From NCBI RefSeq assembly GCF_006345805.1, contig NC_043010.1, positions 29,698,001 to 29,762,000 on the forward strand: a stretch of DNA of 64,000 nt, given 5' to 3'. This DNA is from Octopus sinensis. Taxonomy: Eukaryota. Made by a program: the position numbers and the translations under genes. Below, one piece after another: positions 63,471 to 64,000 of the stretch (position 1 is the first letter of the stretch; each line of letters begins with the position of its first letter). The notes under the pieces are model-generated. The model had not been told where the DNA came from. It did not search any database and saw only the letters and a program-made list of their open reading frames with translations.

Positions 63471-63483
63471 TGAGATATACATT

Positions 63484-63803
63484 GGCACATGGTTTAGCGG
63501 TTAGAGGCATTTGGCTCGTGATTGTAAGGTCACGAGTTTGATTCCTAGTAGCACAATGTCCCCTTTAACAAGATGCTTTATTTGATGTTACTCCAGTCCA
63601 CTCAGATGATGAAAATGAGTAGTACCTGTATTTCAAATGGTTAGCTTTATCACATTCTGTATCACATTGAATCTCCCTGAGAACTGTATCAAGGGTATGT
63701 GTCTGTGGAATACTCAACCACTTGCACATTAACTTCATGAGCTGACTGTTCTGTTGATCGAATCAACTGGAACCCTCGTCATTGTAACCAACAAAGTGCC
63801 AGT
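63484..63803 (+). mobile_element. SINE family D
   Basis: TGGTTTAGCGG A box, GAGTTTGATTCC B box; homologous to 44032-44286. Confidence 0.75.
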
Positions 63804-63822
63804 TATATATATATATATATAT

Positions 63823-64000
63823 ATTCTTTTACTTGTTTCAGTCATGTGACTGCAGCCATGCTGGAGCACCACCTTGAGGGGTTTTAGCCAAACAAATTGA
63901 CTCCAGGACTTATTTTTTAAGCCCAGTACTTATTATATCAGTCTGTTTTGCTGAACTGCAAAGTTATGGGGATGTAAACACACCAACACCAGTTGTCAAG
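63823..64000 (-). mobile_element. SINE family A tail half, cut by the window edge
   Basis: TTCTTTTACTTGTTTCAGTCATGTGACTGCAGCCATGCTGGAGCACC. Confidence 0.85.

Overview
AT-rich, microsatellite- and transposon-dense eukaryotic DNA. The SINE, RTE and Penelope families and the intron-poor C2H2 zinc-finger genes point to an octopus (coleoid cephalopod) genome; this is inferred from pattern recognition, not a database hit. Two minus-strand C2H2 zinc-finger CDSs are clearly supported: ZF1 at 22478-24502 (12 fingers plus a His/Gln tract) and ZF2 at 51488-52843 (a two-finger unit repeated three times). Each has a CpG-retaining candidate promoter region upstream. A third, possibly bidirectional, promoter lies near 3.8 kb. 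The rest is a mosaic of decayed mobile elements: RTE, CR1, CRE-like, HERO-like and Penelope retroelements, LTR remnants, Tc1/mariner, Merlin-like and piggyBac-like MITEs, at least four tRNA-derived SINE families, and long (TA)n arrays. The main observations worth follow-up are: (1) the ZF1 finger code predicts a mixed (NGA/NAA)n site resembling the RTE/SINE tails in this window; (2) a pre-tRNA-Thr/RTE-tail chimera; (3) a tail-to-tail RTE pair forming a ~1.8 kb-arm inverted repeat; (4) three hammerhead-like relics in Penelope termini with a compensatory base pair; (5) MITE copies that record methylation borders; (6) a near-identical 1.06 kb tandem duplication of the candidate ZF1 first exon. 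No CRISPR array, rRNA or intact tRNA gene was found. Most mobile-element boundaries are approximate, and all exon models outside the two CDSs are tentative.
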